Of a DNA stretch of 63,077 nt, positions 25,959-35,254 are shown in pieces. The notes under the pieces are model-generated. The model had not been told where the DNA came from and searched no databases. It was given only the letters and a program-made list of their open reading frames with translations. The stretch lies in the IMG/VR virus record IMGVR_UViG_3300020045_000872, positions 1-63,077 of that record, one strand, 5' to 3'. How positions within the stretch are numbered: the stretch's first letter is position 1; each line of letters opens with the position of its first letter. The stretch comes from a virus (taxonomy: Duplodnaviria; Caudoviricetes). The translations under genes were made by a program, and so were the position numbers.

Positions 25959-26939
25959 TTAGAACGGGGCGTCATCGTCAAAGGAGTCATCGTCCTCAGA
26001 CTTAGCTGGAGCACTAGGTGCTACGCCTTCTGGCTTGGCAGCAGCCGGAGCTGCATGCGAAGTATTACCACCTTCCAAAGCTTCAAGCTCACCTTTCAAG
26101 ATGCTGCCTTCATAGTTGTTGGCACGCTTGATGTGGTTCTTGATGTTGGCACGCAATTGTTTGATTGCGGCTGGATCGTTCGCAGCGTACAGGTTGATAC
26201 CGTACAATGGAACTTCCGAAACATCCGGCAGTGGAACACCCTCTGGAACCATACCAACAAGCTTGATATTTTCTTGGAAGAAACTACCACCACCCTTGCT
26301 TGGCTTCATAAACACTTGGAACTGGAACTGGGCAACTTTACCCAGCAACTCGCCAATACGAGCTTTGGTGAAGTAACCTTTAGAATCAAGGATACCGCAC
26401 GCATCTGCCAGCTTGTGCAGACCGTTGTTCTTGGCGAACGCCCAAGTACCATCATCATACTTCGTCTCACGGATGTTGTATGGCGATGCTACAATCTTCA
26501 CCTTGTCACCTGGGAGAGTGAACTCACGGTTAAGCAGCATACGCAGTGGCATTGGCTGGCTATTACCGAAGAACTGACCCTTGTCCACCATAACTTGTGG
26601 GAAGTCTACAGTGATACACACTTGCTGTACTGGCTTTTGTGGCCAGCATTTCAGGCGGCAAGGCTTACCCTTATCGTCCAAACCATCTTTGAAGTATGTA
26701 GCTGGTTTTTCTTCAATCATCTTGGCTTCTTGTTCAGCAGTACCAACGAAGACCATTTCGGCGTCTTCAAGGTCTTGCTCACCAAGGTCAATAATGCCAG
26801 AGATTACGCCAGGAACAGAACGGGGTTTCTCCGCTGTCTTAGCTGCATCAATTACATGCTGATTGAGGCCATCCCAATCCACTGTCTTACCGCCAGAAGT
26901 GGTGGAAGTTGTAGTTGTAACAAAAGTAAAACCTGTCAT
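25959..26939 (-). CDS. probable ssDNA-binding or recombination protein
   Basis: Acidic tail EDDDSFDDDAPF; position in the replication module. Confidence 0.65.
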   Translation of the reverse strand: MTGFTFVTTTTSTTSGGKTVDWDGLNQHVIDAAKTAEKPRSVPGVISGIIDLGEQDLEDAEMVFVGTAEQEAKMIEEKPATYFKDGLDDKGKPCRLKCWPQKPVQQVCITVDFPQVMVDKGQFFGNSQPMPLRMLLNREFTLPGDKVKIVASPYNIRETKYDDGTWAFAKNNGLHKLADACGILDSKGYFTKARIGELLGKVAQFQFQVFMKPSKGGGSFFQENIKLVGMVPEGVPLPDVSEVPLYGINLYAANDPAAIKQLRANIKNHIKRANNYEGSILKGELEALEGGNTSHAAPAAAKPEGVAPSAPAKSEDDDSFDDDAPF

Positions 26940-27015
26940 CTTGTATCTCCTATCTTAAGACCCATTATTGGGCAATGATGACCACCACTTGGTGGTCATG
27001 TTCGCTAGTGATCAG

Positions 27016-27366
27016 TTAGCGAATTTCTTTCTGTGGAACGTAGGTGACAATACGAACACCATTACGCTTACCACCAAATCGAGCTTTGACGGCGCGAGCT
27101 GCTTCACGGTCAAAATCACTGTCGAGAATTTTGTTGTTCTTGTTCAGGATAACATACAGCGCCTTAGCTGGCAAATCTTCTTTTACCTCTTTCAACACTT
27201 TGTAGTGTTGTGGCTGCATATACTGAGTATATCCGTCCTCAGTAGTGAACTGCATCCAAGTTCCAACGTGCCACTTTACGCCAGTGCAGGTCACAACTGT
27301 GCCAACATCGTAACCATGGTCACCTTGACCATGGACGTGTACAGTAACTTTAGTACCTTTTTTCAT
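27016..27366 (-). CDS. hypothetical protein
   Basis: 116 aa. Confidence 0.7.
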   Translation of the reverse strand: MKKGTKVTVHVHGQGDHGYDVGTVVTCTGVKWHVGTWMQFTTEDGYTQYMQPQHYKVLKEVKEDLPAKALYVILNKNNKILDSDFDREAARAVKARFGGKRNGVRIVTYVPQKEIR

Positions 27367-27375
27367 AACTACTCC

Positions 27376-27675
27376 TTATTTCAACAGGTCAGAGAAACGA
27401 TCAGCAATGCGAGCAAGACGGTTACGACTTTCAGTGGCAACCTCCAGCTTCTCTTGGCGATCTTTAATCACTTGTTCGTGATCCAGCACCTGGGCATTGA
27501 TAGCTTGTGCGGCAACTTCCAGATTGCCCTGTGCCTTTGTAAAGGCCGCTAGGGCTTCCTCAACAATACGCTCTGGCGATTTGACAGATTTGAAAATACT
27601 CAGGCCAGCCAGGATGGAGTGTTCGGCTGCTGGGATAGTGATACTGCCAACGGATGGTTCTAGACGCTCGGTCAT
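27376..27675 (-). CDS. coiled-coil hypothetical protein
   Basis: Start moved to MTERL at 27675. Confidence 0.65.
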   Translation of the reverse strand: MTERLEPSVGSITIPAAEHSILAGLSIFKSVKSPERIVEEALAAFTKAQGNLEVAAQAINAQVLDHEQVIKDRQEKLEVATESRNRLARIADRFSDLLK

Positions 27676-27676
27676 T

Positions 27677-28114
27677 TTATTCCCCTTTAATAGATTTAAC
27701 AACTTCAAAACGATTTTTGTAATATTCTGCGGCATAGTCTGGGTCAGTCTTCTCAACTTCCACAGCAAGCTTGGCAAACACATCGTAGCTTTTACGATCA
27801 AACTCACCCGATAGAGAGCCAAGTACGATAGCCAGTGCTTTAATATCCTCAAAGGATAAACCTTTCAGGTTGTATTGTCCAGCTTTATTTTGCTTCAAAC
27901 GCAAACCTTTCACCTTAACTGGCTTTTCAACCACCAGCTCAATATCACCCTCTTTATAAGAGTTCTTATTTCCGTTTGGCCACTCAACACGTGTCCATTC
28001 GGACCCACGGCTTTGGCTACGTATAACCCCAACCTCACCAACTGGGTTCATTGGGCCAGCACCCCAATGAGCATGCCCCTGGGAAGTCATCTTTACCTTA
28101 TCACCAATATTCAT
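27677..28114 (-). CDS. hypothetical protein (SH3-like N-terminal domain)
   Basis: GGAGG RBS; promoter TTGACA-17-TACAAT at 28142-28170. Confidence 0.7.
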   Translation of the reverse strand: MNIGDKVKMTSQGHAHWGAGPMNPVGEVGVIRSQSRGSEWTRVEWPNGNKNSYKEGDIELVVEKPVKVKGLRLKQNKAGQYNLKGLSFEDIKALAIVLGSLSGEFDRKSYDVFAKLAVEVEKTDPDYAAEYYKNRFEVVKSIKGE

Positions 28115-28178
28115 ACAACCTCCTTTGCTTAATGTTTGGCTATTGTAGGAGCTTCCATGCTCACTGTCAACAGTTATT

Positions 28179-30404
28179 TTAGTGAATATCCGAGTACCTA
28201 TCACCAAATTGAGTCTCGCAACCTAATGAACGACGCAACCCATAATCCTTGTTCACTTTCTCAACCGCATCCTGAATAATCTTAGCGATTGTAACACGGT
28301 TCTTCTCACTGTCACCCATACAGATTACACATTCGTCGTGGAAGCTGCCAGACAGTGTGCGGCGACCGAACGTATTCTCCATGGCTGTGAGGATATTGTC
28401 AACCCACATATCAAAGAAAAAGCTACCAGTTCCCTGAGCCAGGGTAGAGAATCGGTCACTCTCCTTACGCAGCGCATAGCAGAAGCCATTGATAGGGTTT
28501 ACTAGCCACTTCTTACCATAGCTGTCCTTAATCACCACCTGCTCTTCTGCAATGGCCTTTACAGCCCAGTTAAGCTTCCAGTAAGCAGCGTGTAACACTT
28601 CACCTTCGGATACGTCACAGCCAGCAGCCTGAGCGATCTTAGCAGCACCAGCATTATACACGGATGCGTAGTTTGTAGTCTTACCTTTCTTACGTGCTGC
28701 CTTGGCGTTAGCACTCTTGATACCAGCTTTGAAGTCATCAAACTCTTTCTGGGTGATCATCTTAGCAATCAGAGCCATAAGAATGTGCGGGTCAAAGTCA
28801 TCAGCCTGCATTGTAGCAACATACTCAGGGTCATGTGGCAACATGAAGTGGTGTTTAACCCGATCCTCAAGGGATGACATATCAGAGCCAACAAGAATCT
28901 TTCGAGCGCCAGCAATCAAACTCCCTCGAATATCATAACCATAAGGCTTGTCAGTGCCTGGAAGGTTAACCAACTCACGGTGCTGTACACGTAGGGTGTT
29001 CGTGAAGCCACCAATACGTGCCTTAAGCCACTTGTCATCTTCCATATCACGCAGGAAGCCCTTGAGAACATTACGACGGTTCTCAGCCACCTTGTAAGCT
29101 GCGTAACAGGCAATTGCTGGCACTTCCTCAGCAAGCTCAGTCAACGAGTGGCACAGCTCCTTACCATCATCACCACCTACAGAGATTTGAGGGATGGCCC
29201 GCTCAGCTGGGCGTGCTGCCTTCCACATTTCCCATTGGTGATGTTTAGCCTTACCTTGTGGCTTAGCTGCGATCCATGCTTCAAATGCCTTTTCATCTTT
29301 CTCATATTTGAATGTTTGTGGCACCCAACCCTTAGAGAACAGGAAGTCTTTCACTTGGCCTGGACTGCCAGGGTTTGGCTCTTCATTACCTTGGAACACG
29401 CGGTAAGTATCTGGTGCATCTTCTGGATCAATATAAACCAACAACTGATCTTGTTCACCACGCTCCTGCTCGGCCCACTGCCGCATGGTTTCATCCCACT
29501 TCACCCAATGTATAGCACGCTCCCCATTCTTCTTAAATGGGGCTACCTTTGGCGGAGTTTTACGCACATATTTAGGGACCAGTGGCATAACCGCTGCCAA
29601 ACCCTCACGCGCCTCAAGTACAATGGCTTCAAGCTTCTCCAGTGCTATACGAACGTGTTCAACGTCCACTTCCCAGCGTGTAGCTTCTTGGAGTGCTGCA
29701 CAGTCCATCTTGAACATCAGGAAGGTTAAGATGCTATCAACAGCACCATCAACAGAACGACCAACCATTCCATCAATAGGAATCCACTCGTCAGGACGAA
29801 TACGCTTTCCACCTACGTTCAGAGTTTTACCTGATTTTTCATCGAGCAAACCAAAGTCGATAGCATGTTGAGCAATAGTGTACATATCAACCAAACGTCG
29901 CATGTGATCTTCCCACAACGCTACGTTGATCTTTACGTCTTCCTGGCAACGGTGTTGCATCTTGTCAAGGAACTTTTTAAGGGTTTCACCCTCTTGCTGT
30001 TCCCAGCTATCAATCTGAGGCTTGGCAATGCCATAATCCTCATGAAAGCTGTCCAGACCATGCACGCGACGGTCAGGACTCAGATACCACGACGTAGCCA
30101 AGGAGTCAATAACCATAAGCTTAGACAGGTCAATCTGCAACACCTTCTCAACCATACGGGCATCGTAGCCAATACCATTGTGCATCACAACTGGGATGTT
30201 GTTGTCAATATGGTATTGAAAGAACTTCGTAATACGCTCTTTGTAGTTTGCCTGATCACGTCGAATTGTAAACTCTTTAGACCACTCCCCGCTAAGCTCA
30301 CGAATCTTGTAGCTCATTACGTGGATTTGAGTGACGCCATGAAGCAGGTTGTCAGCCTCAAAGTCAACTACAGAAGCTTGGCGCCAATTTGTAATGTTTT
30401 TCAT
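28179..30404 (-). CDS. family A DNA polymerase with 3'-5' exonuclease
   Basis: DFE exo I, HNGIGYD, motif A DMSSLEDR, motif B RKKGKTTNY, motif C FHDE. Confidence 0.95.
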   Translation of the reverse strand: MKNITNWRQASVVDFEADNLLHGVTQIHVMSYKIRELSGEWSKEFTIRRDQANYKERITKFFQYHIDNNIPVVMHNGIGYDARMVEKVLQIDLSKLMVIDSLATSWYLSPDRRVHGLDSFHEDYGIAKPQIDSWEQQEGETLKKFLDKMQHRCQEDVKINVALWEDHMRRLVDMYTIAQHAIDFGLLDEKSGKTLNVGGKRIRPDEWIPIDGMVGRSVDGAVDSILTFLMFKMDCAALQEATRWEVDVEHVRIALEKLEAIVLEAREGLAAVMPLVPKYVRKTPPKVAPFKKNGERAIHWVKWDETMRQWAEQERGEQDQLLVYIDPEDAPDTYRVFQGNEEPNPGSPGQVKDFLFSKGWVPQTFKYEKDEKAFEAWIAAKPQGKAKHHQWEMWKAARPAERAIPQISVGGDDGKELCHSLTELAEEVPAIACYAAYKVAENRRNVLKGFLRDMEDDKWLKARIGGFTNTLRVQHRELVNLPGTDKPYGYDIRGSLIAGARKILVGSDMSSLEDRVKHHFMLPHDPEYVATMQADDFDPHILMALIAKMITQKEFDDFKAGIKSANAKAARKKGKTTNYASVYNAGAAKIAQAAGCDVSEGEVLHAAYWKLNWAVKAIAEEQVVIKDSYGKKWLVNPINGFCYALRKESDRFSTLAQGTGSFFFDMWVDNILTAMENTFGRRTLSGSFHDECVICMGDSEKNRVTIAKIIQDAVEKVNKDYGLRRSLGCETQFGDRYSDIH

Positions 30405-30466
30405 AACTGCCTCCTAAAACGAAGAGGGGATCATACCTAAATATGATCCCCTCGTCAACTCACTGA

Positions 30467-32359
30467 TTACTCGTCACTTTTTGCTGCCAGGGTCGCAGCA
30501 TACTGCTCAGCCACTTTCGGATTACGATCAAGATATTCCTCAAGATCGTGAATCGTGTGTGTAGCATTATCGTAGTAATACTTACCTGCTTGTGGGCCTG
30601 TGTTACCAGTCCAACGACACTTTGTCATTTTCATCAGCGTAATGTTACGCTCAATCTCACACTCAGCACCTTTGTCACGGGTGAACAGTAGGTTGCAAGC
30701 ACCAGATTTGAAAATGGAGCTGCTACCCTGGAAGTCTTCCTCGAACAACTCAGCACCAGCGGAGTTCTGCTTACCACCTTGGCCACTCTTACGAACGTGG
30801 TTGATGTTGATAAAAGTCACTTTGTGGCTCTTAGTCAAACCTTTCTGCCAACGCATAAACACGGCTTGTTCTTCGTTACCCATACCATCCAAAATATCTT
30901 GGAGCGGGTCAAGAATGATCACCTTACATTCGCAAGAGATAATCAATTCCATCACCTTGGCTTGGAGGTCTTCCAGACCGCCATCACGTTCATCCATCAA
31001 GTGCCAGCGGTGAGTGCCATCCTCTTTGAAGAACAACTCTTGCATGGCAATCTCGGTGTCCTCGCGGCACAACAGGTCATACTTTTCTTGCGGGTCTTCG
31101 ATCAGGTCAATCTTCTGCCCAAGGTGGCGAGAAAGAATCTTGATACCATATTCGTCAACGTCAGACTCAAGTGATACTACACCGATGCGGTGTGGGCTAT
31201 GGAACACCCAATAGTAGACACACTCGTCAACAATCGTAGACTTACCAGTGCCAGACGCGCTGCCCAGGTTTACAATACGACCCAGTGGAATACCACCAGC
31301 CATCATCTTCTGCACTTTCTTCATGAAAGGTGGCAGAGGAATCTTAGGCACCAGCACAGCCTGTTTCATCTTGTTAGTGAGATTACCAGAGCCAACGATA
31401 CCACTTGGAGTATAAGCAGGGGCTGCGTAGAACGCGGAGATAAACTCACGGTCCTTATTAGCTTTCAAATACTCATTCGGGTCTTTCAGTGACATTTCCA
31501 TGACGTAAGCCTTACCCTTCGGAAGAGCTTTACACACCAACTCAGTAGCCTTTCGGCCAGCTTCATCGTTATCCATGCAAACAATGATACGCTCAAAGCG
31601 GTTGAACCACTCATACTGCCCTACAATCTGCTTCTCACAGCCAGTTTCGCCAATCGTCGGGGATACCACTGCAATAGGATTGTGGCCTCGTCCAGCTTGA
31701 TAGTCACCAAGCATCTGGAATGCAGATAGTTGGTCAATCTCACCACCAACAATTAGGCAGTATTTATCTCGATTACGCAAGAACTTGAACTGACCAAACA
31801 ACTGACACTCTCGCCCTGTCTCACCCAGCGCACCTTTGAAGTCTTTTGGTAGAGTGCGCTTCTTGTAACCAGTGAGTGTAAACCCATGGTCGTTATCAGC
31901 TTCCATCGTACAAGGGTAGTATTGAGCCAACACCTCGCCCGTCTCTGTATTGAATTCATGACGGACGCCAAAAGCATTAGTGGTATCTTTTCGGATGCCA
32001 CGCAAACCCTTAGAGTCAGTGCTTGTAATTTCTTTCAGCTTTGCGTGAATCTCTTCGTTAAACTCAGCTCCCACTACCGTGTACTCCTGTTCAATTTCAT
32101 TAATGCCGTTTTCCTCCATCCACTCTTCTGAGGGAATAGTGAAACCACCACACCCACCAAAACAGTGGGCACCTTTATGCCGACCTACACTGTCAGTCCC
32201 GTAAACCATGAGGTTATCGTTACTTTTATCCATACCCTTAGCGTTGCACTTAGGGCAACCCACCTTACCATAGGTGTATAGGTCGATGCCATACTTATCT
32301 GCTATTTCTAAACTATTCAAGCAACCCCCGGAATAATATTCATAGTTATATGAAACCAA
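30467..32359 (-). CDS. primase-helicase (T7 gp4-like)
   Basis: Zn finger CPKC, TOPRIM GEID/DNDEAG, Walker A GTGKST, SF4 motifs. Confidence 0.95.
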   Translation of the reverse strand: MVSYNYEYYSGGCLNSLEIADKYGIDLYTYGKVGCPKCNAKGMDKSNDNLMVYGTDSVGRHKGAHCFGGCGGFTIPSEEWMEENGINEIEQEYTVVGAEFNEEIHAKLKEITSTDSKGLRGIRKDTTNAFGVRHEFNTETGEVLAQYYPCTMEADNDHGFTLTGYKKRTLPKDFKGALGETGRECQLFGQFKFLRNRDKYCLIVGGEIDQLSAFQMLGDYQAGRGHNPIAVVSPTIGETGCEKQIVGQYEWFNRFERIIVCMDNDEAGRKATELVCKALPKGKAYVMEMSLKDPNEYLKANKDREFISAFYAAPAYTPSGIVGSGNLTNKMKQAVLVPKIPLPPFMKKVQKMMAGGIPLGRIVNLGSASGTGKSTIVDECVYYWVFHSPHRIGVVSLESDVDEYGIKILSRHLGQKIDLIEDPQEKYDLLCREDTEIAMQELFFKEDGTHRWHLMDERDGGLEDLQAKVMELIISCECKVIILDPLQDILDGMGNEEQAVFMRWQKGLTKSHKVTFININHVRKSGQGGKQNSAGAELFEEDFQGSSSIFKSGACNLLFTRDKGAECEIERNITLMKMTKCRWTGNTGPQAGKYYYDNATHTIHDLEEYLDRNPKVAEQYAATLAAKSDE

Positions 32360-32502
32360 GTCTTTTGGCTGTAACTGCGTTCGAGGCTGTCCTGAGCCGC
32401 CAGCGCAGCATCACGGCTGTCAAATATAAATTGCTGTGAAGTGAGCGAAAGCTCTCCATCGTACTGGTAACGAATAACCACTAAAAGTGCTGTCTTGCTC
32501 AT
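32317..32502 (-). CDS. hypothetical protein
   Basis: 61 aa. Confidence 0.6.
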   Translation of the reverse strand: MSKTALLVVIRYQYDGELSLTSQQFIFDSRDAALAAQDSLERSYSQKTWFHITMNIIPGVA

Positions 32503-32828
32503 GCTGCCACCACTTCTGTGTTCACAAACTCTTTCCGACGTGTGCTGCCAGGAGTGCCACCACTTGGTGGTGTGCCGTCAGGGCTTCCCTTTGGGCCTGT
32601 AGGCGGTTTTGGCTTATCACCCTCAGCACGACAACGGGCACCGTGGATAACGCCTGGAATGTGGTCTTCCAGAGCTTTGGTGACTGGTGTAGCTAGGCTA
32701 AGCCCATCAGGAACTCGACGTACAGCAAATTGCGTCAGTTCGTATCTCACAACAAAATCAAACAATGCCACTATATCAATAAATGGCAAGATGATTGTAT
32801 TTCCGTTCAACACTGGAATAGTGCTCAT
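32499..32828 (-). CDS. hypothetical protein with Pro/Gly-rich tail
   Basis: 109 aa. Confidence 0.65.
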   Translation of the reverse strand: MSTIPVLNGNTIILPFIDIVALFDFVVRYELTQFAVRRVPDGLSLATPVTKALEDHIPGVIHGARCRAEGDKPKPPTGPKGSPDGTPPSGGTPGSTRRKEFVNTEVVAA

Positions 32829-33046
32829 GGTTTTTCTCCTTTGAAAGCGTTTAGGATATCTCTAGTATCCAATGCTTCTGATACTCGGTTAAATGTAGCT
32901 ACGACAGTGATCACATCCCGTAGGTCACAATCGAACGCACCATATTCCCACACTTGGTGGTGCTTCACCACTTGAAACTTGAGCCTGGGCTTACGAAACC
33001 AAGGCTTAACTACGATAGCTTTGACGCTATAAGCAGTTTCCATCAC
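32825..33046 (-). CDS. hypothetical protein
   Basis: 73 aa, overlapping stop/start. Confidence 0.65.
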   Translation of the reverse strand: MMETAYSVKAIVVKPWFRKPRLKFQVVKHHQVWEYGAFDCDLRDVITVVATFNRVSEALDTRDILNAFKGEKP

Positions 33047-33240
33047 TCAGGCTCCACTTCATCATTTGCAAAGTACAAGTCTGTCAAGGTGTCTTCGTCT
33101 TGCCATTCGTCAAGATCAATACGGAAGTGGCCATCCGGCCACACCAGTGTAATCACACCAACATAGCCAATAAGGTTTTCAGTGTTACCCTCCAACGCAT
33201 AATCATCTTTAACAACGCGAATACGATCACCTGCTTTCAT
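33043..33240 (-). CDS. small SH3/KOW-like protein
   Basis: MKAGDRIRV...G.I. Confidence 0.65.
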   Translation of the reverse strand: MKAGDRIRVVKDDYALEGNTENLIGYVGVITLVWPDGHFRIDLDEWQDEDTLTDLYFANDEVEPE

Positions 33241-33355
33241 CTTGGTTCCCCTTCTTGTGCTTACGTTTACGACGATATTTCGTCTTGTCTGGCTCTACTT
33301 TGGGTACATTAACACGTCTATTCGGACCTGCCAAGGGGTTTCTGATAATATTCAT
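33227..33355 (-). CDS. 42-aa basic ArfA-like peptide
   Basis: MNIIRNPLAGPNRRVNVPKVEPDKTKYRRKRKHKKGNQDESR; GGAGG RBS, ATGA overlap; not in the ORF track. Confidence 0.6.
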   Translation of the reverse strand: MNIIRNPLAGPNRRVNVPKVEPDKTKYRRKRKHKKGNQDESR

Positions 33356-33558
33356 ACCTCCAACACCCTCACCCACTGATGGGTATTGGCATCAATCAGG
33401 TAGGTGTCACGCGAGGTGGCGTTCTCAATGTGCACCAGATAGGTGGTCCCTAGCGCACCGTTGGATACTTGCAGTCTCACCTGCATAGAGCTGTCACGCT
33501 CTAATACGCGAGCCTCAAGCTCGTCAACCATCCGCAATACTTGGCCTTCTGTAATCAT
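33352..33558 (-). CDS. hypothetical protein
   Basis: 68 aa. Confidence 0.65.
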   Translation of the reverse strand: MITEGQVLRMVDELEARVLERDSSMQVRLQVSNGALGTTYLVHIENATSRDTYLIDANTHQWVRVLEV

Positions 33559-33887
33559 GAGAATTCTACCTCTTTCTGGTAAGCTTTAACTTCTTCTTTG
33601 AGGGGTGGAAGCGGCATCAGATGTTTTGGGTCTATAACTGCCACACCCTCAGCCATCCTAGAGTACCGATGTGTAACAGTCTGGCCAGATAGGCCGCTGA
33701 TCAACACTAACTCAGTTGCTGCTACGTAGATATCATAAGGCTCAAGTAGGTAGCCTAAGTCTGCCCCGCCTGGGATAATATCCTCGACCAACACCACCCG
33801 ACCTATCAAGTGGCTATTCTTAGGTTGGAATGTGCCAATAATCATAGCCAATGCCCCAGGTTCAATTTTGTCGTTGTACATTTCCAT
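33555..33887 (-). CDS. hypothetical protein
   Basis: AGGAG RBS before ATG 33887; promoter TTGACA-16-TAGAAT at 33914-33941. Confidence 0.7.
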   Translation of the reverse strand: MEMYNDKIEPGALAMIIGTFQPKNSHLIGRVVLVEDIIPGGADLGYLLEPYDIYVAATELVLISGLSGQTVTHRYSRMAEGVAVIDPKHLMPLPPLKEEVKAYQKEVEFS

Positions 33888-33953
33888 CGTAATCTCCTGT
33901 GTCTGTGGTGGCCATTCTACGCCTTTCCATCTATTTGTCAATAGGCAGATGTG

Positions 33954-33981
33954 AAAAAGCCCCAGCTGTTAGGCCAGGGCT
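33954..33981 (-). terminator. intrinsic terminator
   Basis: GCCCTGGC-ctaaca-GCTGGGGC followed by TTTTT. Confidence 0.75.
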
Positions 33982-33991
33982 TCGTCATTTA

Positions 33992-34323
33992 GTTTCTATG
34001 CTAGCAGCAGCTCAGCGCATTGTCAGCGTCCGTCCTGTTAGTACGTCTCAACGTAAACCCAAGATTTGGAGTAGCTTTCTATCTATACGAGTTAAAGCTT
34101 TGGAAGGTTGTTTGTTGACCTTTCAGCTTTGCAGCTTTCCTATTTGACCTTTGATCGTAGTCATTGCAATTTGGGCACAACGGCCCAATAATCAGCATGA
34201 TTTAGGATTAACATTCCAGTCATAATGTGCACGTCCAGAGGACTCGCAAAATAGGCTCCCCGGATATACCCCCGAGGATGTGGGTCACAGGAATTTAGAC
34301 AATTCGCTGTAGCATAGAGAAAC
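33992..34323 (-). ncRNA. candidate ~330-nt structured RNA with AAAG(C/G)U repeats
   Basis: No - strand ORF of 60 aa or more in a dense genome; 34306-34323 pairs with 33992-34008; internal hairpins; six repeats at 34073-34152. Confidence 0.65.
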
Positions 34324-34325
34324 AT

Positions 34326-34943
34326 TTATACTTCGATGGTCGTTTTGGCGTTAGCCTCAGACAGAACGAAGTCTACCTCGAACAAGAAGCCGTCAATATC
34401 AATTGACATTGCAGCTACTACTGCTTCCAGACCACTAGGATCAAGTGGAGCGGTGATGTTCGAAGCTGCGTATGGCTTGCTGATTGCGTCAAGTTCTTCT
34501 TCGGTAGCCTTGCGGTCTTTACCTACAGCAGTAAGCACCATGGAGTCAATACGGCCCTGCATTTCGATGTTCTTGCGTTCAACGATTGTACGCACTTGAC
34601 CAAGTTGCTGATTAAGGACTGCCAGCAGGGCGCGCTCTTTGTCAATGGAACCCTTACGCTCAATGGCCTCAGCCACAGTCATATCAACGCCGTTGATCGA
34701 GACAACAGTATTGGAGTTTGAACGAATCACAGCTGCCTTTACAGCCTGACGGCGAGCAATCAGATCACGCACAGATTGCAGGTTGGCTTTCAGTGTGTTG
34801 GTTGTGCTTTGCAGATCAGTACCATTAACGGTCTTCCCGCCAACAGTTGTAGTGATAAACACTGTGCCACGTGTGGCCTTCTCAATACGATCATTGAGAG
34901 ATTTGACCTCAGCCAGCGCACGTGTAATCGAAATCTTAGCCAT
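34326..34943 (-). CDS. 205-aa helical protein resembling the DIP1984/septicolysin-like family
   Basis: SITRALAEVKSLNDRI...K.AV..SN..T...I.G..MTVAEAI...EVD..LSE.NA.T.IE; family call from recollection, needs an HMM search. Confidence 0.65.
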   Translation of the reverse strand: MAKISITRALAEVKSLNDRIEKATRGTVFITTTVGGKTVNGTDLQSTTNTLKANLQSVRDLIARRQAVKAAVIRSNSNTVVSINGVDMTVAEAIERKGSIDKERALLAVLNQQLGQVRTIVERKNIEMQGRIDSMVLTAVGKDRKATEEELDAISKPYAASNITAPLDPSGLEAVVAAMSIDIDGFLFEVDFVLSEANAKTTIEV

Positions 34944-34975
34944 CTTGTATTCTCCTTTTTGTTTAATATTTGGTG

Positions 34976-35004
34976 AGTCTATCAGCTTAGGCTCTTCTTG
35001 TCAA
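34976..35004 (-). promoter_or_regulatory. sigma70-like promoter TTGACA-17-TAGACT
   Basis: Directly upstream of the AGGAG RBS of 34326-34943. Confidence 0.7.
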
Positions 35005-35010
35005 GCTCTA

Positions 35011-35244
35011 TTACTCTTTCCAGCCAGTAACTCGATAAATTGTGTGCAGGGTAATGATGTGCATACACCCTTCGAACATAACGATATCCTCAACAAGCGG
35101 GATGATCTTGCCAATTGTAAGCACAGCACGTGTACCCTCTGCTGATTGGTACAAACCCTCAAGCTCAGTCTCGACCACACCGAAGATCGTGAGTGGAAGC
35201 TCATTCACTTCTTGAATCCCTGTCTCTTCTAAAATTGCAAACAT
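35011..35244 (-). CDS. hypothetical protein
   Basis: AGGAG RBS. Confidence 0.65.
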   Translation of the reverse strand: MFAILEETGIQEVNELPLTIFGVVETELEGLYQSAEGTRAVLTIGKIIPLVEDIVMFEGCMHIITLHTIYRVTGWKE

Positions 35245-35254
35245 GACAACTCCT

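Noticed and set aside
25920-26978. 352-aa + strand ORF, and similar long antisense ORFs (1661-2233, 50539-51174, 51906-52601, 59742-60332, 37675-38451)
   Set aside because: Each is a shadow of a well-supported gene on the opposite strand, with no recognisable motifs.
28179-30404. Intron or intein in the DNA polymerase, primase-helicase or NrdA
   Set aside because: All are continuous ORFs of ordinary length with no intein splice motifs.
33899-34147. 82-aa + strand ORF over the candidate ncRNA
   Set aside because: It is antisense to the local transcription unit, has no clear RBS and crosses a promoter and terminator; the RNA interpretation explains the sequence better.
33992-34323. tRNA, tmRNA or group I intron identity for the 34-kb RNA
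   Set aside because: No T-loop/CCA cloverleaf or P7-like motif was seen, and it lies after a stop codon rather than inside a gene.
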